Shown: piece after piece, positions 12,148 through 22,805 of the stretch
Layout: every line of letters starts with the position of its first letter
How positions within the stretch are numbered: the first letter of the stretch is position 1
Source of the DNA: Lepidodermella squamata
Lineage: Eukaryota > Animalia > Gastrotricha
Reading direction: 5' to 3'
Length of the DNA stretch: 64,000 nt
Assembly: GCA_047495785.1 (NCBI GenBank)
Contig: JBLDXI010000043.1
Location: forward strand, 62,001-126,000
Translations under genes and position numbers: made by a program
Notes under the pieces: model-generated
The model's database searches: none
The model's input: the letters and a program-made list of their open reading frames with translations, nothing else
What the model was told of the DNA's origin: nothing

Positions 12148-13086
12148 TTAAGAAGTAGTGCAGTAGAGTTCGGAAAATTGCAGAAAATCCCGAATCGAAT
12201 TTGGTAAATTTAACGCAGAAAGACACGCCGATAAATCACCGCAGTTGCGCGTGGCTAATCGCTGCAAAATCACCAGTCGACAAATTTCCTGCAGCTTCAA
12301 CGGGAATCGGCCCTGAAAATAGGCAACAATCGCCCGGACAGCGTTCGATTTTTGCCGATCAATCAACGGCGGTCCAGTTATCAAATAATCATCGGCCGAT
12401 TTTTGCAGAATTCGAAAATCAAATCGAGACGTCCGCATTATTGCAATCAAGATATCAGCGATTAAATTGACATTTTGCCTTGAATTAGGTAGAATTTGAG
12501 GTAAATCAGCATGCAGACACCCTGCGATAGGTATCAAGTCGTAAATCGACCAAAATCCGGGTTGAAATCGCGATTCGTCCGAATCTGGGTCAAAATCCAG
12601 CCTCGCGTTTAATTTCAAAAGTGGGACAATCGCAGTGTTAATCAATCGAGGTATCGTTTGCGAATTGGGCGCCATTATCGCCTCATTGTAATTGAGTGAG
12701 GCGAAAATTAGGCCAGCTGTCAACGGGGTCATTGTCGATTTTTCGCAACATTTTTCGTTGATCAATTTCGCGGTGAAGAATTGCCGAGAAAAATCGGCCA
12801 TAAAATCACTGAAGCGTGACTTTATCTCGTCTGAAGTCGGATTAAAAATTGCCAACCGGTTTAATTGAAACAGCGGATTTGATTCGATTTGAAAATTCGA
12901 TTTTTCAACTACGAGGTACATTAGAATTTCGATTAGTTGAAGCTGATGAGCTTGTTCTGTTGAATTCAGCAGACATTCGATAGTGAATGGCAATAAATTG
13001 GTCGGAAATGTTCGGCAGGTTTCGAGTTCGGTTTTTAATGCAGGTAAATCTCCACTGCGAATGATTAGTTTCAACCGAGGTTTCAT
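12148..13086 (-). CDS. Intronless SOCS-box protein with helical N-terminal region (ASB-like / Elongin BC adaptor candidate)
   Basis: 312-aa ORF with C-terminal PLKLQEICRLVILQRL...LSALNLPNSIRDFLQF = BC box + Cullin box; N-terminal 'IIRSGDLPALKTEL' is degenerate-ankyrin-like. Confidence 0.75.
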   Translation of the reverse strand: MKPRLKLIIRSGDLPALKTELETCRTFPTNLLPFTIECLLNSTEQAHQLQLIEILMYLVVEKSNFQIESNPLFQLNRLAIFNPTSDEIKSRFSDFMADFSRQFFTAKLINEKCCEKSTMTPLTAGLIFASLNYNEAIMAPNSQTIPRLINTAIVPLLKLNARLDFDPDSDESRFQPGFWSIYDLIPIAGCLHADLPQILPNSRQNVNLIADILIAIMRTSRFDFRILQKSADDYLITGPPLIDRQKSNAVRAIVAYFQGRFPLKLQEICRLVILQRLATRNCGDLSACLSALNLPNSIRDFLQFSELYCTTS

Positions 13087-15089
13087 TATAAAATCACTCC
13101 TATCTTAAAAAAAATCAAGAAAAGGTCAAGTCATCTTTTCTCAAAATTCAGTTATTCCAATTTTTTTGAGAAATTCGCTATCAAAATGAAAAATTGATCC
13201 ACGCGCCCCAATGAAATTCTCGAGACAGATCAAATCAAGAGTAAACAAACTGTATCAAATATGGATCAAATAACACTAAAGCGATCAACATCACTCTTAA
13301 ACATGTTGGTAAGATCAAACATTGATCAAATATGGATCAAACAGAGCTATAATATTAATCATAGAAAAATGAAAAAAAAACACGTATGATTTTGCGAAAT
13401 ATTTTTTACAAATTTCTTGCCAGATGCCAGCTGCGTATGTTAAATTTGACTTTCTCACAACTCGGAGTAGAAATGTCCCGGTCACATTTTGACATGAAAC
13501 GTAATAATGAATTTGTTTTGGCGTAACAACGAGACGTGCTTTTGTTTGTTGCGTGATATCAAACTGCGCACTGTCAAGAGGACAAAAAAGAAGGCCCATT
13601 ATTTCGCGAATTTCTCAGCAAAATTTGAACAATAGGTGTCGCAAAGCTTGAGAACGCGTATAATTATACGGGCCGGTCGCGATGCTGCAAGCCTAACGAG
13701 ATGAAAACGTAAGTTGAGTTGATGCATAGAGAAATCTTAGAAAAATTGAAGAAATTATTTGTTCAAGTGAATATTGAACAAGTTGAAGTTTCTAATTAAT
13801 TCAAATTTAAAATTATCAGAAAGGCAAAATTCGTGGAAAATAATGGAAAAATACCCGAAAAATAGCTGTCACTTATCGTAATGCACCGAAATTTTATCAT
13901 TTTTTTCGGGAAAAAACCCTGCTAATAATCAAGTGAGTGAAAATTCGGATACTTGATTACCATTTCGTGATATCAAAAAGATTATACATTATTATTTTTT
14001 TACAATGCTATAAAAGCTTACATGTATTCTTGTATGTACGTAGCCACAACATCGCACCTTTAGTGAGAGGTAAAAAATTCTCCTATATTATATTCGTAGG
14101 GCATAATAATATATCGGCACAACGCGAAGATGCCTTGTAAAGAAATTTACTATATTATTATTATAAAAATGGACCCTATTAATAAAGCAGTTTTTCTTAC
14201 CTGCGTGTTGCGGCATGTTTTACGTATAGAAATATAGTAGCTAAAATATTGGATTCACTAACGATCGCAATTTATTGAGTGGCACACGCGGGTGCAATGT
14301 TTTTTTGAGCGCGCAAGCTCTATATGATGTATCGCGTATATTATTACTAAAAAGCATACACGCAGTATAGACCTGCGGTGATGAGTACTATTGTTATATT
14401 ACTACGACGACAGGGTATATGATCGAGAGCTTCAGGCATTCAGTGTATAAAATAACATATTAATGCGAGGATTATAATGACATATAGCTTCGGGATAGAT
14501 TGTTGTCGACGAAAAAATCGATAAATCTATTGTGGACGAAGAATCAATACAGGGAGCGAGGGGAGCAAAAAAGAGCCGAAATTGAACATAAAATCGTGAG
14601 TTCGAACTAAGAGATAAAAATTTCAAAAATTGAATTGAAAAACTATAAATTCGAATTTCCAGTTTAATGATTTTTCATTTAAAGAAAAATGAAGTCCAAG
14701 TAAAATCTAAGGTTATTGGTTATTGTGAATGAATAAACGGCCTAATTCTGAAATTTCGGTCCGTGATTTTATTAAAATCGAAAATAAGAAATTTTAAACC
14801 TTCTTTTTCACAATAATGTTGACCGATACATGTTTTGCTCAAAATTTAGGGAATAGTGTATTACTTGAGATGATTCATTGCCATTGATTACCCCATCGAA
14901 TATTTCTACTCGGGTCAATAGAAAAATTAGCCACGCCGCAACTTTCATCACCGTTGCATCCAGGCAACATAACGATGATTCGCGAAATCGATCGAAGCGC
15001 CACCTCTTTCTACGTCCAAGTGCTTTTTTACGCCTTAAAACTATTTCTTATCGTTTCTCCAATAAATACTTGATGTAAAACGTCAAAAA

Positions 15090-17454
15090 ATGCGAAAGGA
15101 CGTAGATTTGATAATTTTCGCGATATTTCTTGTTGTAAGAGTTACTAGGGCCCAGGAGACAGCTTCGACTAGTCCTGAACCCATCAGTACCACGCTGGTA
15201 CCGACAACCCGTTCGGCCAGCGATACAACAACTGCGGGGCTGAGTTCTACCAACCGAATCCCGACTACAACAGCTGGCATTGTGACTACGGCAGCTCCAG
15301 TTCGCCGAACCACAACCACAGCCGCGCCAACCACAACGCGAACCTTCTACGACAAGGTGAATCTGGACCAATCCGAACTTGGAAATCAATCTGTCATATA
15401 CCAATGCTCGTTCGATCTAACAAATTGCGGATTCGAGGCTGATCAAGACGCTCAGCTACAATGGGTCCGCTTCCGAGGCCAGGCAAGCCAGGGAACAGGG
15501 TCAGACAGTGACCATACTACAACAGAGGGAGTCTACGTCATGCTGGACGCAACGAAGAACTTCCTGGCTGGAAAATCCGGTTACACCAACCAAGCTCGTT
15601 TCGTCTCACCGGAATTCGCGACGCAGGATGACTGCGCCAATTTCACGTTCTGGTACTACGCCTACGGGTTCCATTTGGGTCAGTTCAACGTTCGATGGAA
15701 AGCCCCGCCGTACAACGCGCCGAAGAACTGGACGTCGGTGCTCGACATGAGGGGCCACGACCAAACGCAGGCGTGGCGGTTTTTCAGTTTTTTGGTGACC
15801 GGCGTCAAAAGTTTCCGAGTTGCCTTCGACGCTGCGATGGGTGATGGCCCGTTTGGGAATTATGTGGTTGATGACGTGGCGGTGTTGACTGCGAGCTGTC
15901 CGACCCAACCGCCGCCGCAGCGACAGCAGGATGGGTTGTACCTTTATGGCCAGACTACGGCGCAACCACCGCCATTCGAAATGCAGACGTGGTTGATCAT
16001 TCTAATTGTTGTGCTCTGTGTGTCGGCGCTTGTCGCTGCCGGTGTTATAACTTTCATCATTATCCGGCAACGCAAGCTCAAGCGTCTCAAAGAGTGAGCC
16101 ATTTCAGATGTAATCAAAACTATTCAGATTGAAATTACCTTTAAGCTGATGCCATGAACTTTTCGGGAAGAGAACGTTTAGCTTTCGGTATTTTCGGTTA
16201 TTTTCGGGATTCGGTATTCAAAATTAGTGCGATTTTTCTGGATTATTCACTTTTCCGCTTCAGATCTTCTCGGGATTTCATCTTTTCTACCTACTATTCC
16301 TACTATTCCTACTATTCCTTAAGCTTTACTGGTATTGAATTCCCTCGAAGCGACTTTATTTAAGTTTCTCAAAAAAGGGCTTCAAACAGCATGGAGCATA
16401 GAGAAGCCCTTTCCTCTAAGATGCTGAAGAATAAAGAAAAGTAGTAACGGGGAGAAGCTACGCAAACCAGACTTTACCAGTTTCGGGATGTTCTTGGTCC
16501 TGACAGGTTTCTCTGAATTTTCGCCTGATTTACCGCGTGTAAGCATAAACAACTACAATCCACAGTAAATTCTTGTTACTCGAAGTGCCACGAAAAAAGT
16601 CCGCTATAGCAAGAGTGGATTACAAAATAAAAGTCCGATGTAAGCAAGAATGTGCTGTAGTGAAATTTGAGACATATTTTGGCGAATCTTTCGAAAAAAC
16701 GTAGAATTCCAAGCTCCTGGTGAACCCTTTCGGGGAATACGAACTCATAAAGTGTCCCCTGTCGCTCATTTTCCGTTGGTTTTTTTCGCTAATTCCAACC
16801 TTATCTCATCCTTTCTTTAGGCAAGAGGAGAAGGAAAAGGCGGAGCGTCTGAAGCAAGAAATCGCGCAATACGGCATGATCAAAGCCCGCCTGGACCGGT
16901 CAATCTCAGCCCGGGTCAATGCCATCGCCGGCCCAGGAGGCCAAGCTGATTTCGTCATGACAGACTCGCGAGCTAAAACAGCAGCCTTCGTCGACCGGCC
17001 TGTTGTCGATCGCCGATTCACTAGCGCTGTGCCTGGGAAACGGACCTTGCCGCAGGAGGGCGAGTTGATTCGATCTAGAACTACCCTGCTCGAGGAAGAT
17101 CAAGACCCAGATGAAGAACGAACGGATGCTGTTTTCAGTATTATCAAAAACTCGCATCGTAACTCGACAGATCGCGATAGGTCTGATGCAGTTTTCAGCA
17201 TTTTAGCCGATGCTGGGCCGAAACCTGCGAGCCAACCTAGGACAAAGTCAGCTGTAGCTAGGAATGTCCACCAAATCGAGGATATATCCCTTCATCCCAC
17301 TTCTGGGGCGAAACTACCACCTTTAACTTCAACTTCGCCTGTTGCGTTGAGGAAACTTGAAGACAAAAATGATAAGTCACCACGGTCTGTTCGGTTCGAC
17401 GAAACTACTAGCGGTGGCCGAAAGGGCGAAAGGATGGACTGGTTCGATGATTGA
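15090..17454 (+). CDS. Type I membrane protein: signal peptide, Thr-rich stalk, MAM domain, TM, cytoplasmic tail; exons 15090-16093, 16821-17454
   Basis: MAM motifs CSFDLTNCGF, DHTTTEGVYVMLD, ARFVSP, FWYYAYGFHLG, VVDDVAV; TM WLIILIVVLCVSALVAAGVITFIII. GA|GTGAG donor (16094) and TTTAG|G acceptor (16820) are both phase 2 and join in frame to give KRLKEQEEKEKAERL. Confidence 0.85.
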
Positions 17455-17884
17455 CAAACTAGGCTGAAACATCGTATCTTAAGTTGTTTTATTTCAATTT
17501 TCTAAATTAGAGTTTGCTGATCGTTTAGAAACCATGCCTTATATAGCTTTTAGCCGTAAGGATTATTGAACAGACGCCAATAAAGCCACGAGATCGTTAA
17601 TAGCTTCAAATCATACTCTACACTCCAAACCTAAACCCTTAAACCATAAAGCCAAAAGGAAACAATTTTTTGGAAATACCTAACAGCCCATTTTGGACTT
17701 GATATTCTTTTTCGCCACATTTCTAATAGATTATGTGTTACTCATGAGTCAAACGAGAATCAACTGATTTCCGTTAGACCATATTTCATAGATATTCAAA
17801 ATCTTGAAGGTAACAGGAAAACAAATGTTCCTGCGCCATTATAAGCCTTCATTTCTTGGAGTAGCGTTTGAATTAAAGAATCGG

Positions 17885-19441
17885 TCATTTCTGCTGTAAG
17901 CGTTCAGCTTTTTGCGCCAAGTAAAGGCTGGCTGGTTCCACATGCTGCCCGAAGCTCTCCCAACTGCGATCCGCATTGCCTCCAACAGATTCAAAAGTCG
18001 GCGCCTTTTTCTCGCCAACATGCCCGATCGCAAAGTTCCAATCCGTAGCAGGGCTGTGCAGTTGTAGAATCCCCTCTGTATTCCAGGCTACAAAGTTAAC
18101 GCCAGCCCAGCCCTGGCCAGTCCCGTAGTGCAGGCGATTTTGAATAGCGAGGGTTGTCTTCACGTTATCGTACAACCCAGCGACAGACCAACGATCGTGA
18201 GGCTCCGAGGAATCAAACTCATTTTCAGCCGTGCAGTTGTAGAAAACATTCGGACCTGTCGATCGAGCACTGTAAGCAAACGAGTGGCGATAAGAGGAGG
18301 CGTAGCAGTTCTCGAACAGAACTTGGCTAGCCCGTTCAATGTGGTAAGGATACCTACGACCCCCATCGATTATTGACACAGCATCTGTAGCAATCGCGTC
18401 AGAAATTGTGATTCGTCTCGAGTAACTCCGGACTAGGACAAAATGGTTGAAAAATCGACCCGAAATTCGTCTAGCAAAGCCATCAACCACACCATTGAAT
18501 GAAATCAGCCGTTCTGCGTGGTTTTCATCCGAAAAATACTTGGAATTCTTGTAGATTGAAGTAACAGTTTCATTGAAGTATGAAAGCCCTCCAATATCTT
18601 CGATTCCAACGTTGTTGGTCGTAGTTTCGAGCCTGTATTTCCGGATGTAGCCCCCGCCCCATTTCGGATCAATCGCCTCGACGATAGGCACGTCGATTGT
18701 CAAGAAATTATCGCTAACATCAATGATAGCCCGTTCGTGCTTCGAGTCGAAAGGCACCCAATCTACAACGGTTGATCTTCGAAATTCAGGCGCGTAGTAG
18801 CTGAGTAGGTTCATGCCAGTCTCGTTAATCCAAGCTGCGTTCTTCCAAACCCCGATAACAACCAAATCGCCGATTTTGAAGTCTGTTTTCGCGTTCGAAA
18901 TGTTGATAACTCTCGACCCTGTTTTAACGTAATCCTTTATGTCTATCACCCTGCCGTAGTAGCGATAGTTTGCGCTGGAATTACCAGCGATTATCAAATC
19001 GTAACTCGTAGGGCTCGATCCGTATAGGATTGTTTTGTCGCGTCCAGCTCCTCGCAAAACCACGCCTGAGACGTTGAGAAAGATCGGGGAATCGACGTTG
19101 AAAGTTCCAGCCTCGAGAAAAATCGCTCCCCTGAATCCATTGCTGTCTAGTGAAGTGTTTAACAGGCTATAAATTGCCGACTGGATGTTCGCTACGTCGC
19201 TTTTGTTGTTTCCAAGAGGTTTTAGGGTTAAAACCGTGTTAATGTTGGGAATCGACACGTTGCCGTGCTTGTAGCCAACGTAGGAGAAATCGACGATCCG
19301 GTCGCCTTGGTCGTTGTAAGGGCTGTAGATCAGTGTTCCATTTGCATCAAGGCTGACGTAGCGACTTTGAGGCACGGAACTGGCCATCTTTACCACAAGG
19401 AGGATTAATGGCAAAAAGCCTGTATTCATAGGCATATCCAT
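17885..19441 (-). CDS. Intronless secreted pectin-lyase-fold (right-handed beta-helix, Pectate_lyase_3-like) protein resembling bacterial polysaccharide-degrading enzymes
   Basis: 518 aa. Motifs GDRIVDFSYVGY, DVANIQSAI...GFRGAIFLEAGTF, SGVVLRGAGRDKT, HSFAY..STGPNVFYNC, GTGQGWAGVNFVAWN, PASLYLAQ; N-terminal hydrophobic stretch. Confidence 0.75.
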   Translation of the reverse strand: MDMPMNTGFLPLILLVVKMASSVPQSRYVSLDANGTLIYSPYNDQGDRIVDFSYVGYKHGNVSIPNINTVLTLKPLGNNKSDVANIQSAIYSLLNTSLDSNGFRGAIFLEAGTFNVDSPIFLNVSGVVLRGAGRDKTILYGSSPTSYDLIIAGNSSANYRYYGRVIDIKDYVKTGSRVINISNAKTDFKIGDLVVIGVWKNAAWINETGMNLLSYYAPEFRRSTVVDWVPFDSKHERAIIDVSDNFLTIDVPIVEAIDPKWGGGYIRKYRLETTTNNVGIEDIGGLSYFNETVTSIYKNSKYFSDENHAERLISFNGVVDGFARRISGRFFNHFVLVRSYSRRITISDAIATDAVSIIDGGRRYPYHIERASQVLFENCYASSYRHSFAYSARSTGPNVFYNCTAENEFDSSEPHDRWSVAGLYDNVKTTLAIQNRLHYGTGQGWAGVNFVAWNTEGILQLHSPATDWNFAIGHVGEKKAPTFESVGGNADRSWESFGQHVEPASLYLAQKAERLQQK

Positions 19442-19789
19442 ATTATTAATTCAATAATCCTTTACCAATTAGTAATGACGATCGTTTTTAATTTTCTCAT
19501 GTCGACTTTAGATTAAAAAAATGGCAGCTGTACAAACAGAAGATTTTTAATATGCGTTTTACTGCAAAATGCAATGTATTTTGCTTCATTAGTTTGGGTA
19601 TTCAATTGCTGACAATGAAAGAGAACGCATATCGCGTGGGTGAGGCGACAATTTATCTACAAAAGTTAAAACAGTGTGCGAAGTACGGGGGAGGGGTTTA
19701 TTTTACTGTGTCCCACTCAAATAAAGCATTTTCTGCTACAATGCGAATGGATTATCGCAGTAAAGCATTGGCATTGGCTTAAAAGTCTT

Positions 19790-20250
19790 TCGCCTATGAA
19801 GCTCAACGAAATTTGTTCGGAACAGTTTGGCTAGATCTTCAACGACTTTCAACGCTTTTAGCTGCTCTGTAAAGCGGTGTTTCGCCTTGATTATCTACGA
19901 GTTCAACATCAGCATTGTAAAATTCCACCAATGGCTAAATGTATTCATGGAATCCCTCCTGGGCTGCAATCATTAATGGTGTGAAGCCATCCTCGTTCCT
20001 ACACTGTTTACATCCAAATTTAACCGTTCATCCATGAGCAACTTTGCGCCCACATGCGGCGTTGCCTCGAGTATTTGAACAGCGACTGAATAAATAACCA
20101 GACACGTTCGGCAGACCTCAGCAACTTGTCTTTAGGGCCTCCTGCGGATATATTCCATCTCTAGCAGATTCCGTTGATATTGGCGTCGAATAGTCCTTTC
20201 CAACTCAGGTTTCGGATCAAAAAGAGCTAGAAAGCAGGTCGTTTGCGGTA
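19790..20250 (-). pseudogene. Decayed ankyrin-repeat gene fragment
   Basis: Minus strand reads DGFTPLMIAAQEGFHEYI*PLVEFYNADVELVDNQGETPLYRAAK with an in-frame stop; boundaries approximate. Confidence 0.7.
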
Positions 20251-20515
20251 GCTCGTAAAATTCTGTCCTTTTTAAACATTAATTGGATGAAGTTGAGGAT
20301 TAATTTGAAAAAACGGCGGCCTTCGTCAAATCTTGCAAGTAATGTGACACTAAGAGACCATGAATCACGATTCGGAGGAATAAGGAGCACTGCAGAATAT
20401 AATTTTTATTCCTTTCGTCCCATCAAAAGAACATTAGAACAAGGCATCGACAGGCGAACATTTCCTGAAATTTTATAGATTGAGCTAATCCGCAGCGATT
20501 ATGCATTGTATCCAG

Positions 20516-22509
20516 TCAAGTCGCATTATTAATTATTAACGTTTCGTTAATTGCGAGATAATAGGCAATTCTCCTTCGCTTCAGTCTCACTGCCACGATC
20601 TTTGGTGTCCGCTCTTTCAAGTTTCTTAGGTCAGATCGCGCTCCTAGCTTAACAAGGTATTTAACGATGCGATACTTGTTCCTTTCGACAGCATGATGCA
20701 GCGCCGTGTTGCCCTTGTGGTCGGCATCATCGACGTCAGCCAGCTTGAAGCCTTCCAGTTCGCACAGTAGCTTCACGCATTCCAAGTTGCCGGTAACACA
20801 GGCTGCATGCAGGGCGGTGAAATTCAAGTTGGTTTTCTGGTTAATGAGTTGCTTCAGCTTTTGAATCGCGTCTTCAAACGAATGCCCCTCCTGGGCCATC
20901 TCCAGGTGGACTTTCATCAGGATCAACAACCTCACAGCGTCAAAGTTGCTGAACGCAATACTTAGATGAAGACCCATCTCCCCTTTGTCAATTATCAACT
21001 TGTTGGGATTTTCCGGCAGTGTGCCGTGAATCGACGCGTCATAGCGAGCTTCAAGCAGCTGCAGGGCGATTTGATTTCGTAAACAAAGGTGAAGAGGCAT
21101 TAATTCGCCTAAAACGCAGCAGTGAAAGAACAACTGATAAAAATAGAAATTGCAGATCATCAGTGGGAAATTTAAATCAAAGAGCCAACCTTCTCATGCT
21201 CGGTCCTGAATTTTGTATAGCTTTCAATAGCATCCGCATCCATTGCTGTTTCAGCCTGACAGGAAAATATCAAATTTATGGCTAGTCAGAGTGCAATTAG
21301 ATAACTAATGCTAGGCTTCGAGCAAAGTCTACTCACCGCGAACGCTTTATTGATATCAGAAGCTTGGTTGTTGAGTTCGGCCTCGATGTCTCGAAAATAC
21401 TGTTGCATTATATTCAGAGCCTAGTTTTACAAATGTTTGAAGCGCTTACATTTTCTTCCCGGACTTTTTCATCTGAGATTCTTTTCTTGAGATCAGCCTG
21501 AGGTAGGGGGCCATTAAAAAATCGCAGTGAATAGGCAGCGAATTAACGTACTATCTCACGAATATCCATCATCTGACTGTTCAGCATTCCGTTTTCGCCA
21601 ATTACTTCATCAACAGCCTCGCCGTAGAAAAAGTCATCGCCCATCACCGAAACCATGTCGCTCCTCCCAGTTTGATTTCTCACTAACAATCGATTCACAA
21701 TTAATGATCTTAGGGAAGAATCATTGATTGAATCCAATCGTGGTATAGTCAACTTCCTTGGAACCAAAGCGATTCGGATGTCCGACCATGGCGTCTGAAG
21801 AAGGACCAGTTCGTAGGCGAAAATTCCGAATTTCCAGACGTCAGTTTTGTGATGGATCTTTGAATAGGCAGTGATATTCAATTCCTCTGGAGACAGGTAT
21901 GGCAGGGTTCCTACTGCCGAGTTCGAATCGACCCGGTTATTCCTACAACAAAGAAAAGACAGAATGAGGATTCAATAATTCCGTCAACTCACTCATCGAG
22001 CTGCTTTGAAAGACCGAAATCGGCTATTTTAGCATCTCTCGCTCCAGCTGTTAGTAGAATATTCTGGAAAATTCACGGATTTATACCTATTTGAAAAAAC
22101 TGAAAGAAAGCTCACCTCAGTCTTCAAATCTCGATGTGTTATTCCCACATCGTGGAGGTAGACCAGTGCAAGGCCGATTTGAGTTAACCATCGCTTTATC
22201 TCGCTCAAATCGAAATTCGACCGGGCCTTGGCTTTTTCTTGGATTGCCTCGTACATATTGCCACCTTCACAGAATTCCATGGCGATGTAGCGATGCGACC
22301 CATCTGTAAAATATTGGAAATGGTGGCAATAAGGATATAGAATTTATAGTCATCTTACGGTCCCAGGAGTCGAAAAATCTGACAATATTGGGATGACTGA
22401 GCTTGCGAAGAAAGTTAGGCTCATTCAAACACCGTCCTGCATTGCGCGAAACTAGTTTTATAACAACTGCTTTGGTACTCAATTTTGACTTTGAAGCTGC
22501 ACAGTTCAT
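20516..22509 (-). CDS. Kinase-helical linker-ankyrin gene A1 (NEK-like Ser/Thr kinase fold, multi-exon)
   Basis: AVVIKLVS..LNEPNFLRKLSHPNIVRFFDSWD | MEFCEGG..HRDLKTE | NILL..KIADFGLSK | GTLPYLSPE..KTDVWKFGIFAYEL; three short helical exons; terminal exon LFFHCC...TALHAAC...TALHHAV. Short GT-AG introns. Confidence 0.88.
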
Positions 22510-22805
22510 TTCGCCCCGGACAATCATCACCAAATAAGTCGTTGTGTTCCTTTTCTTTGAATAAAACTGGATAAGAAAAACCTAATAATGAAGCGCCAAG
22601 GAAGGAGTTTTAGTTTAGTTTTATTCGAGGTTAGAATTCTATACACGGAGGCGACAATGGCGTTATTCCAGGCTAGTTTGAGGCTAAAACCGAATTTCTC
22701 AACAGAAATCATCCCGCTTTGACCACCATGGTGACGTAGGATGCCACAAGCTTTATTTACTCGCTCCATGACAGCCTCGTCGCAGGAAACAAGTTTGGAT
22801 ACTGC

